Source of the DNA: Squalus acanthias
Lineage: Eukaryota
Direction: 5' to 3'
NCBI GenBank assembly: GCA_030390025.1
Contig: CM059431.1
Span: 152,832,001-152,896,000, forward strand
DNA: 64,000 nt
The first letter of the stretch is position 1. Each line of letters starts with the position of its first letter. The position numbers and the translations under genes were made by a program. Of the stretch, positions 37,076-51,392 are shown piece after piece. The notes beneath the pieces were generated by a model. That model had not been told where the DNA came from. It saw only the letters and a program-made list of their open reading frames with translations, and searched no databases.

Positions 37076-38501
37076 TGAAGGGATAATTACCAGTCGTAGC
37101 ACTTCGGGCTACCCCAGATAAGGCGTATTGCCCAGACGTTCACCTTCAACTACAGTTAGAGATAGCCGAATCCGAGAGACGCTTAATTGGGTCTACAGGT
37201 TCAAACTATCTCTCCCTAAAGGAAAGGACCGACTTGAAGACGTTACCGTCCTCCAGATCGCACTTTTAATAAGTTTAAATAGACTGTAAAGATCTGGATA
37301 TTATGAGGGTCCGGGAAACACCACAGAATTCTGCTACTCCTCACAAAAAAGCGTTCAAAATTGAGTTCTCGAGATTGATACAGAAGTACTATGTGAGACA
37401 ATTCTAAAAATATTTAGATTTATTAAAGAGCCGGCATAAACTTAACAGTTGGTGATTTCAATCGCAACTTTAAAACTTCAAAATTCAAATGACTTACATT
37501 TCTTATCAGAGATCCTTATTCTCAAATCTTAACTTCGTTACATTTCCAAATTCGTACATATTTATAATCCAGAATATCCATCAAAATCAAATAAAAGTTA
37601 ATTTTGATCCCCGAGACTAAAAAAGATAAAAATTTACAGAGGCTGCCTCTGAAGTTGAGAATCGCTTTGACGCTTCCAGCGACTTCTAACTTCCTATCTG
37701 AAAGCACTATATTTTATACCCTTTTTTGCAGTGGTATATTCTTTGAAGATTTCTTCTGATGTAAGCTAATTATCTCCAGTCATCTTTCTGTTGACTTCTT
37801 TCTATTCTTACTTTCAATTCAGCTGCTAACTTGCAGAATTCTGTCTCTATCTTTAGGTGTTCGAAGTTATCATACAAAATGGTCATGACAGTTGTATCAA
37901 TTTGATGACATTCTTACGAAGGTCTCCTGTTGATTTCTTAAATTACTTTAACTGCTTGTATTACAGACTTCGCATCTCCTTGTGTTCCAATTTCAACACA
38001 TAAACCATGTGATTACTTGATGCATCTTCTGTTTTTACCTTTTACAATATGTAAATCAAAGCACTTCAATCGAGTACTTGATTGTTTCACTAGCCATCTT
38101 AGTTGGTTATATTACAAACTTATGTTTCCTGTCTTTCATTTGATGTTACTTTTACAAAGACACATGGTTTTTTAATGCTCTGTGTTTCTGTTCGAAGTGT
38201 TAGTTTATAACACGTTAAACTGGGTATAGCTATTGTGTTGGTTCCAAACTGCAGACTTCTTGGAACCTACAATCCTCTGTTTCAATGAGGCCATTGTCTC
38301 ATTGTCAATAACCAATTCCTATTTCATAAGCTTGTATGGTGTTTCCGGCTTTGTGACTCATCGTATCTCAGAAGCCTGTATTTACAGTTTTTTGTCATTC
38401 AGGCTTTTAGATTTTTAAATCCAGTTTGCCATATTTTAATAAAACCAGAATTCTGTTCATAGGATGGTGTATTTTTCTGAAATATGTCTAATTCCTTTAC
38501 A
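37076..38501 (-). mobile_element. Solo LTR (1426 bp) of the foamy-like family
   Basis: Reverse complement runs TGTAAAGGAAT...ATTATCCCTTCA; perfect 4-bp TSD CCCT (37072-37075 and 38502-38505). Confidence 0.93.
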
Positions 38502-41500
38502 CCCTGACGGGGATACCTCCACTTTAAAAGTAGACTCTGATGCTGAAACACCCCCTTTAAATAGGTTCGCTGATGCAGAGAATTCCTCTTTAAAAAGTGT
38601 CCCTGGTGGAGAGATCCTGTCATTAAAACGGGTCCCTGAAGGTGATACTCCCTCTTCAAAATGGGACCTAATGGCGAGTCTCTCTCTTTAAAAGGTGTCC
38701 CTGATGGGGAGACTCCCTCTTTAGAAGGGGTCGCTGATTGTGAGACTTCCTCTTTTAAAGGGGTCCCTGGAGGTGAGACTCCCTCTTCAATAGGAGTCCC
38801 AGATGGTGAGACTGTCTCTTTAAAATGTGTCGCTAATGGGGAGACCCCCTCTTTAAAAGGGGTCCCTGATAGTAAGACACTCTCTTTAAAATGGGTCCCC
38901 GAGGGTGAGACCCCAACTTTAAAAGGGGACCCTAATTGAAAGACTCTCTCTTTGAATGTTTTCCCTGATGGTGAAACTCCCTGTTTAAAAGATGTTACTG
39001 ATTGTGACGCTCCCTCTATAAAAGGGTTCCCTGAGGGTGAGATTCTTACTTTAAAAGGGCTGCCTGATAGAAAGACTCCCTCTTTAAAAGGGTCTCTGAT
39101 AGTGAGACTCCCTCTTTAAAAGGGCTCCCTGATAGAAAGACTCACTTTAAAATGTTCACAGACGGTGAGACTCTTTCTTTAAAAGTGATCCTTCATGGTG
39201 AGACTCACTCTTTAAAAGGGCTCCCTGATAGAAAGACTCCCTCTTTAAAAGGGTCTCTGACGGTGAGACTCTCACTTTAAAAGTGATCCCTGAATGCGAG
39301 ACGCTCTTTATAAAAGGTGTCCCTGGAGCGACTCTCTCATTAAAAGGGGTTCCTGACAGGGATACCCCCTCTTTAAAAGGGGCCCCAGTTGGTGAGACTA
39401 TCTATTTAAAAGGGGTCTCTGATGGGGAGACGCCCTCTTTAAAAGGGATCGCTGATAGTGAGACTTCCTCTTTAAAAGGGTTCCCTGATGGTGAGACTAC
39501 CTCTTTAATAGGAGTCTCTGATGCTGAAACATCCTCTTTAAAAGGGTTCCCTGATAGTGAATCTGCCTCTTTAAAAGGTTCCCTGATAGAAAGACTCACT
39601 CTTTAAAAGGTATCCCTGATGGTGAGACTCACTCTTTTACTGGGAACCCTAATGGTGAGACTCATTCTTTAAAAAGGCTCCCTGATAGAAGGACACCCTC
39701 TTTAAAACGGTCAGTGACCGTGAGACACTATCTTTAAGAGTGATCCCTGATTGTGAGACTCTCTCTTTAAAAGGGGTCCCTGATGTTGAGACTTCCTCTA
39801 AAAAAAGGTCACTGATGGTGAGACTCCCTCTTTAAAATGGCTCCCTGTTAGAAAGACTCACTCTTTAAAAGGGATATCTGATGGTGAGACTCTCTCTTTA
39901 TAAGGGGTCCCTGATGGTGAGACTACCTCTTTAAAAGGGGCACTGATAGAAAGGCTCTCTTTTTAAAATTGATTCCTGATCGTGTGACTCACTTTTTAAA
40001 AGGGGTCACTGATGGTGAAACTTCCTCATTATAGGGGTTCCCTGATATTGACACTTATTCTTTAAAGGGGTCCCTTATGGAAAGACTCACGTTTTAATAG
40101 GGATCCCTGACGGGGATACTCCCTCTTTTAAGGGGCCCCTGATGGCGAGGCTCTCTATTTCAAAGGCGTCCCTCATGCTGAAACACACTCCTTAAAACGT
40201 GTCCCTGATGGTGAGACTCCTTCTTTAAAAGGGGTCCCTGATGGCGAGAATCTCTCTTTAAAAGGGATCCCTGATGGTGAGACTCCCTCTTTAGAAGGGG
40301 TCCCTGATAGAAAGACTCTATTTTTAAAGGTAGTCCCTGACGGGGATACTCCCCCTTTAAAGGGGCACCTGATGGATAGGCTCTCTATTTGAAAGGGGTC
40401 CCTCATGCTGAAACACCCTCTTTAAAAAGGGTCCCTGATGGTTTGTCTCCTTCTTTAAAAGGGGTCACTGACGGCGAGACTCTCTCTTTAAAAATGATCC
40501 CTGTTTGTGAGATTCTCTCTTTAAAAGGGATCCCTGATGATGAGACTTCCTCTTTAAAAGGGGTCACTGATGGTCAGACTTCCTCTGTAAAATGGCTGCC
40601 TGTTAGAAAGACTCCCTCTTTAAAAGGGTCTCTGATGTTGAGTCTCCCTCTTTAAAAGGCCTCCCTGATAGAAAGACTCCCTCTTTAAAAGGGGTCCCTG
40701 ATGGTGAGACTTCCTCTTTAAAGGGGTCACAGGTGGAGAGACTCTCCCATTAAACGGTGTGCCTATTAGGTGATTCTCTTTAAAAGGGGTCCCTGATAGA
40801 AAGACTCCCTCTTTAAATGGGTCTTTGACGTTTAGATTCCCTCTTTAAAAGGGATCCCGAATGGCGTGACTCTCTCTTTAATATGGGTCCCAGATGGGAA
40901 GACCTCATCTTTAAAAGTGGTCCATGATGGGGAGACTCCCTCTTCAAAAGGGCTCCCTGATAGAAAGGCTCCCTCTTTAAAAGGGATCCCTGATGGTGAG
41001 ACTCACTCTTTAAAAGGGCTCCCAGATAGAAAGACTCCATCTTTCAAATGATCTCTGACGGTGAGACTCTATCTTTAAAAGGTGTGCCTGATGGTGAGAC
41101 AACCTCTTTGAAAGGGGTCCCTGATGGTGAGACTCCCTCTTTAATAGGAGTCCCTGATGCTGAAACACCTATTTTAAAAGGGATCCCTGATGTTGAGATT
41201 GCCTCTTTAAAAGATTTCACTAATGGGGAAAATTTATCTTTAAAAGGGGTCCCTGATAGCAGACGCCCTCTTTAAAAGGAGCCCCTGTTAGAAAGAATCC
41301 CTCTTTAAAAGGAGTCCTTGGTAGGAAGACACTCTCTTTAAAATATGTTCCCGAGGGTGAGACTCATTCTTTAAAAGGGCTCCCTGATAGAAAGACTCAC
41401 TCGTTAAAAGGGTCTCTGATGGTGAGACTCCCTCTTCAATGGGAGCCCTAATGGGTAGATTCTCTCTTTAAAAGCGGTCCCTGATGGTGAGACTCACTTT

Positions 41501-44374
41501 ATAAAAGGGGTCCCAGAGCGTAAGATTCACACTTTAAAGGGGATACCTGATGGTGGGAAATCAGTTCTTAAAAAGGCTCCCTGATGGAAAGACTCCCTCT
41601 TTAAAAGGGTATCTGATGATGGGATTCTCTCTTTAAAAGGGGTCCCTGATTGTGAGATTCCCCGTTTAAAAGGGATCCCTGATGGAGGCACTCACTATTT
41701 AAAATGTGTCCCTAATAGGAAGATTCCATTTTAAGGTGTCTCTGATAGAATGACTTTATCTTTAAAGGCGTTCCTGCTGGTGATTCTCCTTAAAAGGGGT
41801 CCCTGATGGTGAGACACCCTCTTTAATATGAGTCCCTTTTGCTGAAACACGCTTTTTATAAGGATACCCTGATGGCGAGCTACATTAAAAGGGGTCCCCA
41901 ATGGGGAGACTCTCTTTATAAAGGGGTTCCTGATGGTGAGAATCACTCTTTAAAAGTTGTTCCCATTGGTGAGAATCCCACTTTAAAAGTGGTCCCTGAT
42001 ATGAGACTCCCTCTTTAAAAGGGGTCCCTGATGGTGAGACTCCCTCTTTAAAAGGTATCCCTGATGGTGATACTCTCTCATTAAAAGGCATCCCTGATGG
42101 TGAGACCATCTCTTTAAATGCGCTCCCTGAAGGTGAGACTCTCTCTTTTTAAAAGGGTTCCGTGATTGTGATACTCCATCTTTTAAATAGGCCCCTAATA
42201 GAAAGACTCCATCTTTAAAAGTGTTCCCTGATGGGGAGAGAACTTCTATAAAAGGGTTCCCTGATAGTGAGACACCCTCTTTTAATTTTGGCCCGGATGG
42301 AGACACTACCTCTTTAAAAGGATTCACTGATAGAAATACACCCACTTTAAAAGAGGTGCTTGATAGAAAGACATTCTCGTAAATAGGGGTCGCTGATTGT
42401 AAGACTCTCTCTTTAAAATAGGTCCCTGATGGTGAGACTCACTCTTCAATAGGAATCCCTTATGCTGAAACAACCTCTTTAAAAGGATTCCCTGATGGTG
42501 AGACTTCCTCTTTAAAAGCGGTCCCTGATAGTGATACTCTCTATTTAAAAGGTGTCCCTGATGGGGAGACACCATCATTAAAAGGTGTCCCTGATAAAGA
42601 CACTCAATTATTTAGAACGGGTACCTGATGGTGAGACTCCCTCGTTAAAATAGGTCCCTGCAGGGAATAATCCCTCTTTTAAAGGGGCCCTTGATGTTGA
42701 GATAATCTCTTTAAATGGGGATCCTGATGCTGAAACACCCTCTTTAAAACGGGTCCCTGATGTTGCGACTCCCTCTTTAAAACGGGTCCCTAATGGTATG
42801 ACTACCTCTCTAAAAGCGGTCCGTGATGGTGAAACTCACTCTTTAAAAGACATTCCTGACAGGGGCACTCCCTCTTTAACAGGGGTCCCTAATGGCGAAT
42901 CTCTCTCTTAAAAAGTGGTATCTGATAGATAGACTCTCTCTTTATAATGGGTCCACGAGGGTGAGACTCCCTCTTTAAAAGGGTTCCCTGATGGAAAAAC
43001 TCTCTCTTTAAAAGGGGTCCCTGATGGTGAGACTCCCCACTTAATAGGAGTCCCTGATGCTAAAACACCCTCTTTAAAGGTGTCCCAATAGGAAGATTCT
43101 CTTTAAAGAGGTCCCTGATAGAAAGACACTCTCTTTAAAAGTTGTCCCTGATGGTGATACTCTCTCTTTAAAAGTCTTCCCTGATGGAGAGACTGTATCT
43201 TTAAAAGCGTTTCTAGATGGTGACACTCTCTCTTTAAATGGGGTCAAAGATGGGGAGACACCCCCTTTAAAAGGCGTACCTGATGGAGACACTCGAAACT
43301 TTAAAAGTTGTCCCTGATAGTGAGACTCTCATCTCAAAAAAATGTTCCCTAATTGGAAGATTCTCTTTAAAAGGAGTGCCTGATAGAAATAAATCCTCTT
43401 TAAAAGGTGTCCCTGATGGTGAGAGTCCTTCTTTAAAAAGGGTCCCTGGTGGACTGAATCTCTCATTAAAAGGAGTTACTGAAAGGGATGCTCCCTCTTT
43501 AAAATGGGTCACTGATGGTGAGACTATCTCTTTAAAAGGAATCCCTCATGGTGAGACTCACTCTTTAAACGGGGACCCTGCTGGTAAAACGCTCTTTAAA
43601 AGCGTTCCCTGATAGAAAGACTCCCTCTTTAAAATGGACTCTGATATGGAGACTCCATCTTTAAAAGTTCTCCCTGATAGAAGGAGTCCCTCTTTAAAAG
43701 GGATCCCTAATGGCGAGACTCTCTCTTTAAAAGGGATCCCTTAAGGTGAGTCTCCCTCTTTAAAAGGGCTCCCTGATGGTGAGACACCCTCTTTAAATAT
43801 GGTCCCTGATGGTGAGACTCTCTCATTAAAAGGGTCCCTCTTAGAAAGAAACCCTCTTTAAAAAGGGTCCTTGATAGAAAGTCATTCACTTAAAAAGTGG
43901 TCCCTGATGTTGAGACTCTCTCATTAAAACTGTCCCTGATAGAAAGATGCCCTCTTTAAAATGGGTCCCAGATAGAAAGTCTCTGTCTTCAAAATGGGCC
44001 CAATAGGTAGAGTCTCACTCTTTAAGAGGGGTTTCTGAAAGAAAGTCTCTATCTTTAAAAGAGTTCCCTGACGGTCAGCATCACTCTTTAAAAGCGTTCC
44101 CTGCTGGTGAGAGTCCCTCTTTAAAACTGTTCGCTGATGGCAAGATTCTCTCTTTAAAATGCGTCCCGGATGATGAGACACACTCTTTAAATGGGCTCCC
44201 TGATGTTGAGACTCCCTGTTTAAAAGGGGCCCATGATGGGGAGATTATCTCTTTAAGAGTGGTCCCTGATGCTGAAACACGCTCTTGAAAAGGGGTTCCT
44301 TTTGGTGAGACTCTCTCTTTAAAACACGTCCCTGCTGGCGAGACTCTCTCTTTAAAAGGGGTCTCTGATGGGGA
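38502..44374 (+). repeat. 33-bp satellite (segment 7)
   Basis: Same monomer. Confidence 0.96.
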
Positions 44375-45794
44375 TGTGAAGGAATAGCCATATTCAGAAA
44401 AATACACCTTGCTATGAAATATTGTGACTTAATTAAACATGACAAACTGGGCTTGCAAATCTGAAAACCTCAGAAGCTGTAAACAGAATACAGGCTTTTG
44501 AGATAAAAATAGTTGTTGACACTCAAACAATAGCCTCATTGAAACAGAAGTTTAAAGTTTCCTGAAAGTCTGAAGCCTTGGAAATGAACACAATACCATA
44601 CCCAGTTGAAGGTGTCTTGAACCAATACTTTGAAATAAAACAGAGAACATTAAATAAACATGTGCCTTTGTAAAAATGACATCAAGTAAAAGGAACACCT
44701 GCCATCAAATCATTTTTATGTTAAACTTTGAACACGGAGACAGGAGTTTGTGTTTATACCAACTGAGCTAAGAAGACAATGAGATACCCGGTTGAGGTGT
44801 TTTTAATTTACATATTGGAAAAAGATACAAAAAGAATACTTTCATAAATATGACATCACTAGATGCAACAGCCTTCACATTGTTTCTGTGTGGAACTTGG
44901 AACACCTAGGACACCCGAAGTCTGTAATACAACCAGCTGAGGTGACTTAAGAATTTAATAGAAGTCTTTCGTAAGAATGGCATCAAATAGACACATCTGT
45001 TACAACCGTTTTTTTATGATGAACTTGGAACACCTAAAGGAGGGGACATAATTCTACTAAAAACAAGCTGAACTAACTGTAAGAATAGAAGGGGTCAAAA
45101 GAAATGTGACTAGTGATAATTAACTTACATCAGCAGAAAACTTCAAAGGATATACCACTGAGAAAGAGTATAAATATATAACTTACAAATGGGAAGACAG
45201 AATTCGCTGGAAGGAGCAAACCTGTTCTCAGACTTAAGAGGCAAGCTCTGTAAGTTTTCAATTCTTTAAGACTCGGGTATCAAGGTATTTGATATTGCTG
45301 GATGTCCTGGAATAAGACTAAGTAAGAAATGTAAAAGTGTAGAGAAGTTAAGATTTGAGAATAAGGAGCACTGATGATAAGAATTGTAAGCTTTTTGTAT
45401 TTTGAACTGTTAATGTTGCTACTGAATCACCAACTGTAACTACATCTTGGTTCTTTAATAAATCTGTATATTTTTTTAGAATTATCTCACACAGTACTTC
45501 TGTATCAAATTCGCGAACTCAATCTCTGTACACTCTTTGAAGAGGAGTTGCAGAATTCTGGGGGAGTTTTCCAAATCCTCATAATATCAGGAAGGTCACA
45601 GTCTAGCTAAACTTATTAAAAGTGCTATCTGGAGGACGGTAACATCTTCAGGTCGATCCTTTCCTATAGGGAGAGATAGTCTGGACCTCTAGACCCAATT
45701 AAGCGTCTCTAACTTTAGTTGAAGGTGAACGCCTGGGGAATACGGCTGATCCGGGGTAGCCCAAAAACGGCTAGAACTAATAATAATCCTTTCA
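44375..45794 (+). repeat. 5' LTR (1420 bp)
   Basis: TGTGAAGG...CCTTTCA; TATAAA at 45169 and AATAAA at 45457; homologous to the other two complete LTRs. Confidence 0.93.
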
Positions 45795-45796
45795 GT

Positions 45797-45812
45797 TGGC
45801 GCCCAACGTGTG
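45797..45812 (+). promoter_or_regulatory. Primer binding site, tRNA-Lys1,2 type
   Basis: TGGCGCCCAACGTG two nt after the LTR end; this is the PBS type used by foamy viruses. Confidence 0.92.
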
Positions 45813-46056
45813 TGTTAACGAGTTGATACAGAACCTAAACTTATATTTATATCTATATCCATCTTGTAGATTGTTAAGTATAGATGGATGTTTTACTGAC
45901 AGTGGTAATAAGACCCAGACTTACGTCTCTAGAGACAGCAAGTCCCTGATCAGGCCTTGTAAAACTTAAATCAGAACGCCCTCAATATACCATTGAGGCC
46001 TAGAACTTTCTTATAAAGTTCATATTAAAACCTAACCGAGATTAGGTCCTTAAGAA

Positions 46057-47600
46057 ATGGCAAACCCTGTCGTAATTGGCCAAGTCTTTTTATTAGGAAA
46101 TTCAAACGATTCCTTTATTAGGGGAAATAATTCTATCCCTTTACCTTCACAAAACCAAGTGATAGTTTTTGAAATAGGAGGCTTTGATGCTGATGGAGCA
46201 GTTAGAACTCATGGCACGATTGATGTTGATCCCCAGAATCAGTTGATACGGAATATCCAGTAGGATATTGAAACAAATATTCCAAATCCACTGAATTCCT
46301 TAATGATAACGTGCACACCTGCACAATTGGGAGGCCTAATGAACGGTGCCCAACAAGGTGGTGGCAACCATGGCAGAATAGTAGGACCAGGAGCTGCCTA
46401 GGCTCCCGGGGGACATGGATTCGGTTGAAGTCGAAGCTCATGATGAAATAAATGAGCAGAATCTTCGAGAAAAATATAGACAGCTTAGAATCCATTATAA
46501 TCAATGCCGACAGGCACTAGCTCAATCATATCTAAATGCTGGTGGCGCAATGCTTACTGGTCCAGTAAGCCAAACCCAGCAACCACACATTGCTCCCCAA
46601 GGACAAGTAAACCTAAGCTCTATCTGCACAATATGTGGTAAGCCGGGAAACACCAGCCAGGAAAAAACCTGCTGGATTCTAACAAACCTTGATAAATTGG
46701 AAACCTCTTGCCAAGAATAAAATGCCCCACACCTGAGGCAACTACTGCAAATGATACTAAGTTCAGACTTAATTCCCCCATTAACAAATGGGTTAAATAT
46801 ACGCCTACGTTCTCACGGCAACTCAGGGAGGGCATGTAATGGGTTCCATCAAGGAAATACTCACTAATACCGCCACAACTAAAGGGCTGGTAGCTGCCTA
46901 CAGATTAGGCAATGTACTTACACAGGATAACTGAGGCATTGTCCATGGTTGCCTGGCCAATCAATACCAAAATAAAGCCCTCAAACTTGCCTTTGAGGGG
47001 GTTTTAAACGATTATCGAAATAACCAACAAAGATGGGAAAATTTCAATCGCATTATCCAATTAAATCATTACCTCTTAGGTCTACCCCAAACTAAAACTA
47101 TAATGAGATCAGAAACTAGGGATATAAAAACCGGAGAAGGTACCTTTTGTACTCAGAAACAAGGACTGTTTAGACCCAAGTCTCAAGTCCACCCCGCCCA
47201 GACACAAGCTCGTGGCTCGGGAACCCCCAAGAGGGTATTCCAGAAGGTTTACATCCGCAACTCGCCCACAATACGAGGAAGATTTATCCCCGGAAAGATA
47301 GGATAGAAGAGGGGCTAGATCTCAAAACGAAAGTGAAGGACAGTGGACTCCCTATGGGGATAGCTTTTACACTGGCCAAAACTATCAGAGAGCCATGAGG
47401 GGCTACCGGGAAATCCGAAATGGGGATCAAAACGATTCCCAGCAGAACCAACGTCCACCCCAACAGGAGGATCGTCAAGATAATAAACGGTCCGACAAAC
47501 TCCGAAGGGATCTGGAAAACATGATACCCCCAAGAGGGAGGAACAAAAATCAGTTAAAATAATTAAAGACAAAGCACCAAATAAAACTCAGGATCCTGAG
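46057..47600 (+). pseudogene. gag: Foamy-like gag (stops and frameshifts)
   Basis: N-terminal coiled coil; ICTICGKPGNTSQEKTCWILTN spaced like PFV IRSVTGEPPRNPREIPIWLGRN; LPGQS (~46950, PGQA-like); HYLLGL (~47067, YxxLGL-like); Q/R/G-rich tail. Confidence 0.8.
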
Positions 47601-47601
47601 T

Positions 47602-50600
47602 ATGGACAGTCCCAGGATTCAAGGCCTGGCATCCAGCCAGCGCCTCTTGAATTCCCCTATGCCCTGGCAAACTTACCCACAAACACACAAGTGAAGGCCC
47701 TGTTTGATACGGGAGCTGATAACACTGTCATAGATCCTGCAATTATAAAAACTAACAGGACAGATTTGGGAAGCCCAATTTGTTAAATACCAATAGGGGG
47801 ATTCACACAAGACAAAATCAAAAAAAAATATTATTACAAAATACCTATTACCATATATGGATTCACGGTGACCCTAGATGTCGGACTGTTACCACAATTG
47901 GCCTGTTCCCTCATTATAGGACAACCAGACATGAAACATTACCTTAAAATTTCAACCAGATCTGTAGAAGCATCCGCAGACCAGGATGACAGGGAAAAAC
48001 ATGTTCGGACACAGCTTGATCGCACTTGCCTAGAGGGGGAGGCAAAGACCTCCTCGAGCAACTCCTTAATATATTATACCCTTATCTACAACGCCATCCA
48101 AATCAATGTGGAAAGATAAACATCAAATCCCACCCACTTGCTGCTGGCTGGAACAAACCTAAAAACCAGTGCCAATTCAGGACAACAAAGGAAAAATAGA
48201 TCTTCTAACAACGCTCAAAGAACTAACACAACAAGGTGTCTTAATCAAAATGGCATTTAGAACGAATTCACCATTGTTCGGTGTTTCTAAACCAGATGGG
48301 AGTTGCAGATTATTAGTCGATTATACAGATTTAAATTAGATAACAGCCCCACATACTGCACAAAAGCAAAATTCCACAGCCCTTCTCTCTGGAATCACGA
48401 GGGAAAAATATAAATCTTGTATTGGTCCAGCAAACGGCTTCTGGTCACATCCAATCGAAAAAACTGATTGGCCAAAAACAGCGATGACTGGACCCAATGA
48501 TTATCAGTACTGCTGGACCAGATTGTCCCAGGAATTTCAAAACAGCCCCGTTCTCTTTTCAGTCCACAAAATAGACCATTTAAAATACCTACCTAACGTC
48601 AATTCTTATGTGGACGATATATCTCTGTCACATGACAATCTCCAAGAGCACTTGAAAGTCATTGATAGTGTTTTATCCAGACTTACAACTGCTGGGTAAT
48701 TAATCAACATAAAAAAGAGTCAACTAGTTAGGGAAGAGGTAGATTTTCTGTGCCTGCAAATAACTGGATTCGGTAGAGGACTAACTCAATTCTATAAAGA
48801 AAAATTATCCACCATTCAATATCCTAAAATTCTGAAAAATCTGCAAGCAAGTTTAGGACTCCTGAATTTTGCTCGATCCTTTACGCCAACCTTTGCCGAG
48901 CTCTCAGCACCCCTGTATGCTAGAGTGGGCGAAGCAGAAAAAGGACCATTCATATTTTCACCAGAGGATTACTCAAAATTGCAACAATTATGCCGAGAGG
49001 TACGAAAAGGCATAGACGTGGAGCAGATGGTCCTGCAAGTTCCCCTCAATATTCATCTCAGGTCATTACCTAAAATGGCAGTTGCAGTTTTCTATAATGA
49101 AAAGAACATAGTGCCCATTCAGTTCCATTTGTATAACTTTTTCAATGTCGAAAGGAGGTACATTAAAAAATAAATGTTCATGACTATAGTAGTCCAATGA
49201 CTCATCAAGGCACGAACCCTTCTGGGAAATACCCCATTACCATCTATACTGAAATTACCGATTTAAGATCAGTATTGAGGATGGCCTCTGATGAAAAAAG
49301 AGCCATCCAGATCTGATATGATAAATGGGCAATCTTACTTGAATGATCCAACACTGATCATTAAATTCCTCTCCCCGGAAATGGACAGAGCTTATCCCCA
49401 TCATGGAGAATGAGGATACGGAGCAGCGAATGAGACAAATACCTATGAGACCGCTTACATAATACCATCAAGTCATTTAATTTGATGGGTCGTTAATGAC
49501 GATTAAACAAGGGACATCCCAACAATCCTCAGCTGGGATGGGGATAGTAGTAGTGACCTTTCGAGATTCCTATTCTTTTTATACAGAAGAATTACTGTCC
49601 ATACCCTTTGGCCATAAGACAGCGCAGTATGATGAAGCTGCAGCACTACGGTATGCTTTAGAAAAGGCAGACCTTATTAAACCCACACGAATCTGTATGG
49701 ATAGTGACTACCATAACAGAGGAGATAACCAAGATCTAGTTTTCTGGGAACAAACAAATTTTACCAATCATAATTGTAAACCCATAAAACATAAGTCATT
49801 GCGGGAAGACATTCTCCTTTCGAGAGTAGAGAAACAGAATTGTCAGGTGATTCATGTGAACGGGCATACCAATGGGAGAGTTCGCTCAAAAGGAAACAGT
49901 CTTGCAGACGAACAAGCGAAACGTTTAGTCGGCTTGACCCCCCCTCGAGAGGGGCCTGCCAATATTAATGTTATCACTAGGGCAGAACGGGCAGCTAATC
50001 AGGATGAGGAACTGATTCAGCTATTAGACCCAACAAAAGAGAGTCCACCAGGATATCCACCAAAGTACTTTTACTCGGAACCCGTACGGGTATTGTGCTA
50101 GTTAAGTTGCCCAAGGGAAACCGAGGAGTACCCCTGAGACACAAACGAGAACAGCTTGTAAAAGGAGCTCAAGAGGACATAAGTCAAGCACATTGTGGTG
50201 CCAGAACAACATTCTGCAAATTGACCTCCTTATCTTGGTGGCCAGGCATGCTTAATGCCTGTAAAACATACGTGGCAAATTGTGAGCCATGCCAGTTAAC
50301 CAACAAGTCATCACTAATTAAGCCACCACCATTGGCTCCTGTGAAAGCTGATGAGTCAATGGGGAAAATTCTTTATTGACTTTATTGGACAACTTCCCCC
50401 GTCTTTGGGATACAGACATGTTCTCGTTTGTGTAGGTGGGTGCACTTTCTTCTGCTGGCTGGTCCCCACTAAAATTGTTTCAGAAAACGCACTAGCTAAG
50501 GCTTTTTCTAACATAATTACTGTAGCTGATGCACCCAAAATCTTACACTCCGATCAAGGCAGAGCCTTTGTCTCCAAGGTCTTCGAAGACTACTGCAAAT

Positions 50601-51392
50601 AAAGGGGGATTGGGTTAGAGCACAGCACGCCACGTCATCCGCTATCAGTGGGGCTGGTGGAACGTAAAAACAAGAAAGTAAAACAGCTATTCGTCAAACT
50701 GTTGAGATTCAGGGGGAATAAGTGGACCACCGTTATTCCGAAGGTGCAGCTATCACTTAGTAATGTTCCCGCATCTGCATCAGGGACAGAGTCCCCTAAA
50801 ACCCCATATTATCTGATGTGTGGAGTTGACATGAATACACCACTTACCCATAGTTATTTTATTGCCTCTGCACTCTCTGAGTCCTTGACCCGACAGTGAC
50901 AGTTAGATTTTAAAAAGAAGTAAAAGAGGAGATTCATCAAATTGATCAGAGGATAAGGGAAGCAAAAAGGCAGAAACGATTGACAAACAATGCATGGAAA
51001 CCCCTAGTAGGAGAATGGGTACAGGAAAAGAAGTTCGAGCAAAAACCTAGTTTAAGACCGAAGTGGAAAAAACCTGTTCAAATACATACTGTTATTAACG
51101 AAAGAACAGTTCAAATACATATTAATTAACCGAATGGCAAGCATATTCTTAAAACTGTCTCCATAGAAAATCTCAAAAGATGTCCTGCGGGATACCGAAA
51201 TGGAGGAATAATACAAGGTGCAGTCGTACACTGTCTTTCAAGACCCAGCTTGGAGCATGACACAGGAAATGGATGCGATCGAACTACTGATGAAAGTCAG
51301 TCAGACGGTGTCGCCGACTCATCCACACGATGCTTGGCAAAGCCTCAGGAATTGGATTCGCGAAAATTAACAACTGAAACAAGGAAATATTA
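47602..51392 (+). pseudogene. pol: Foamy-like pol: protease, RT, RNase H, integrase (multiple stops and frameshifts)
   Basis: LFDTGA; ANGFWSHPI; QYCWTRLSQEFQNSP; YVDD; SIPFGHKTAQ; AHCG...WWPGM...CEPC; KFFIDFIGQLPPS; HSDQG; VERKN; WKPLVGEWVQE; SLRPKWKKP; TVSIENLK. Confidence 0.95.

Noticed and set aside
1..44374. CRISPR array (33-bp partly palindromic repeats)
   Set aside because: Units are head-to-tail with no unique spacers, no cas genes, and a vertebrate TE context
46620..46680. CTICGKPG as a retroviral CCHC zinc knuckle in gag
   Set aside because: No His, wrong spacing and mid-gag position; matches the spacing of the foamy capsid-like domain instead
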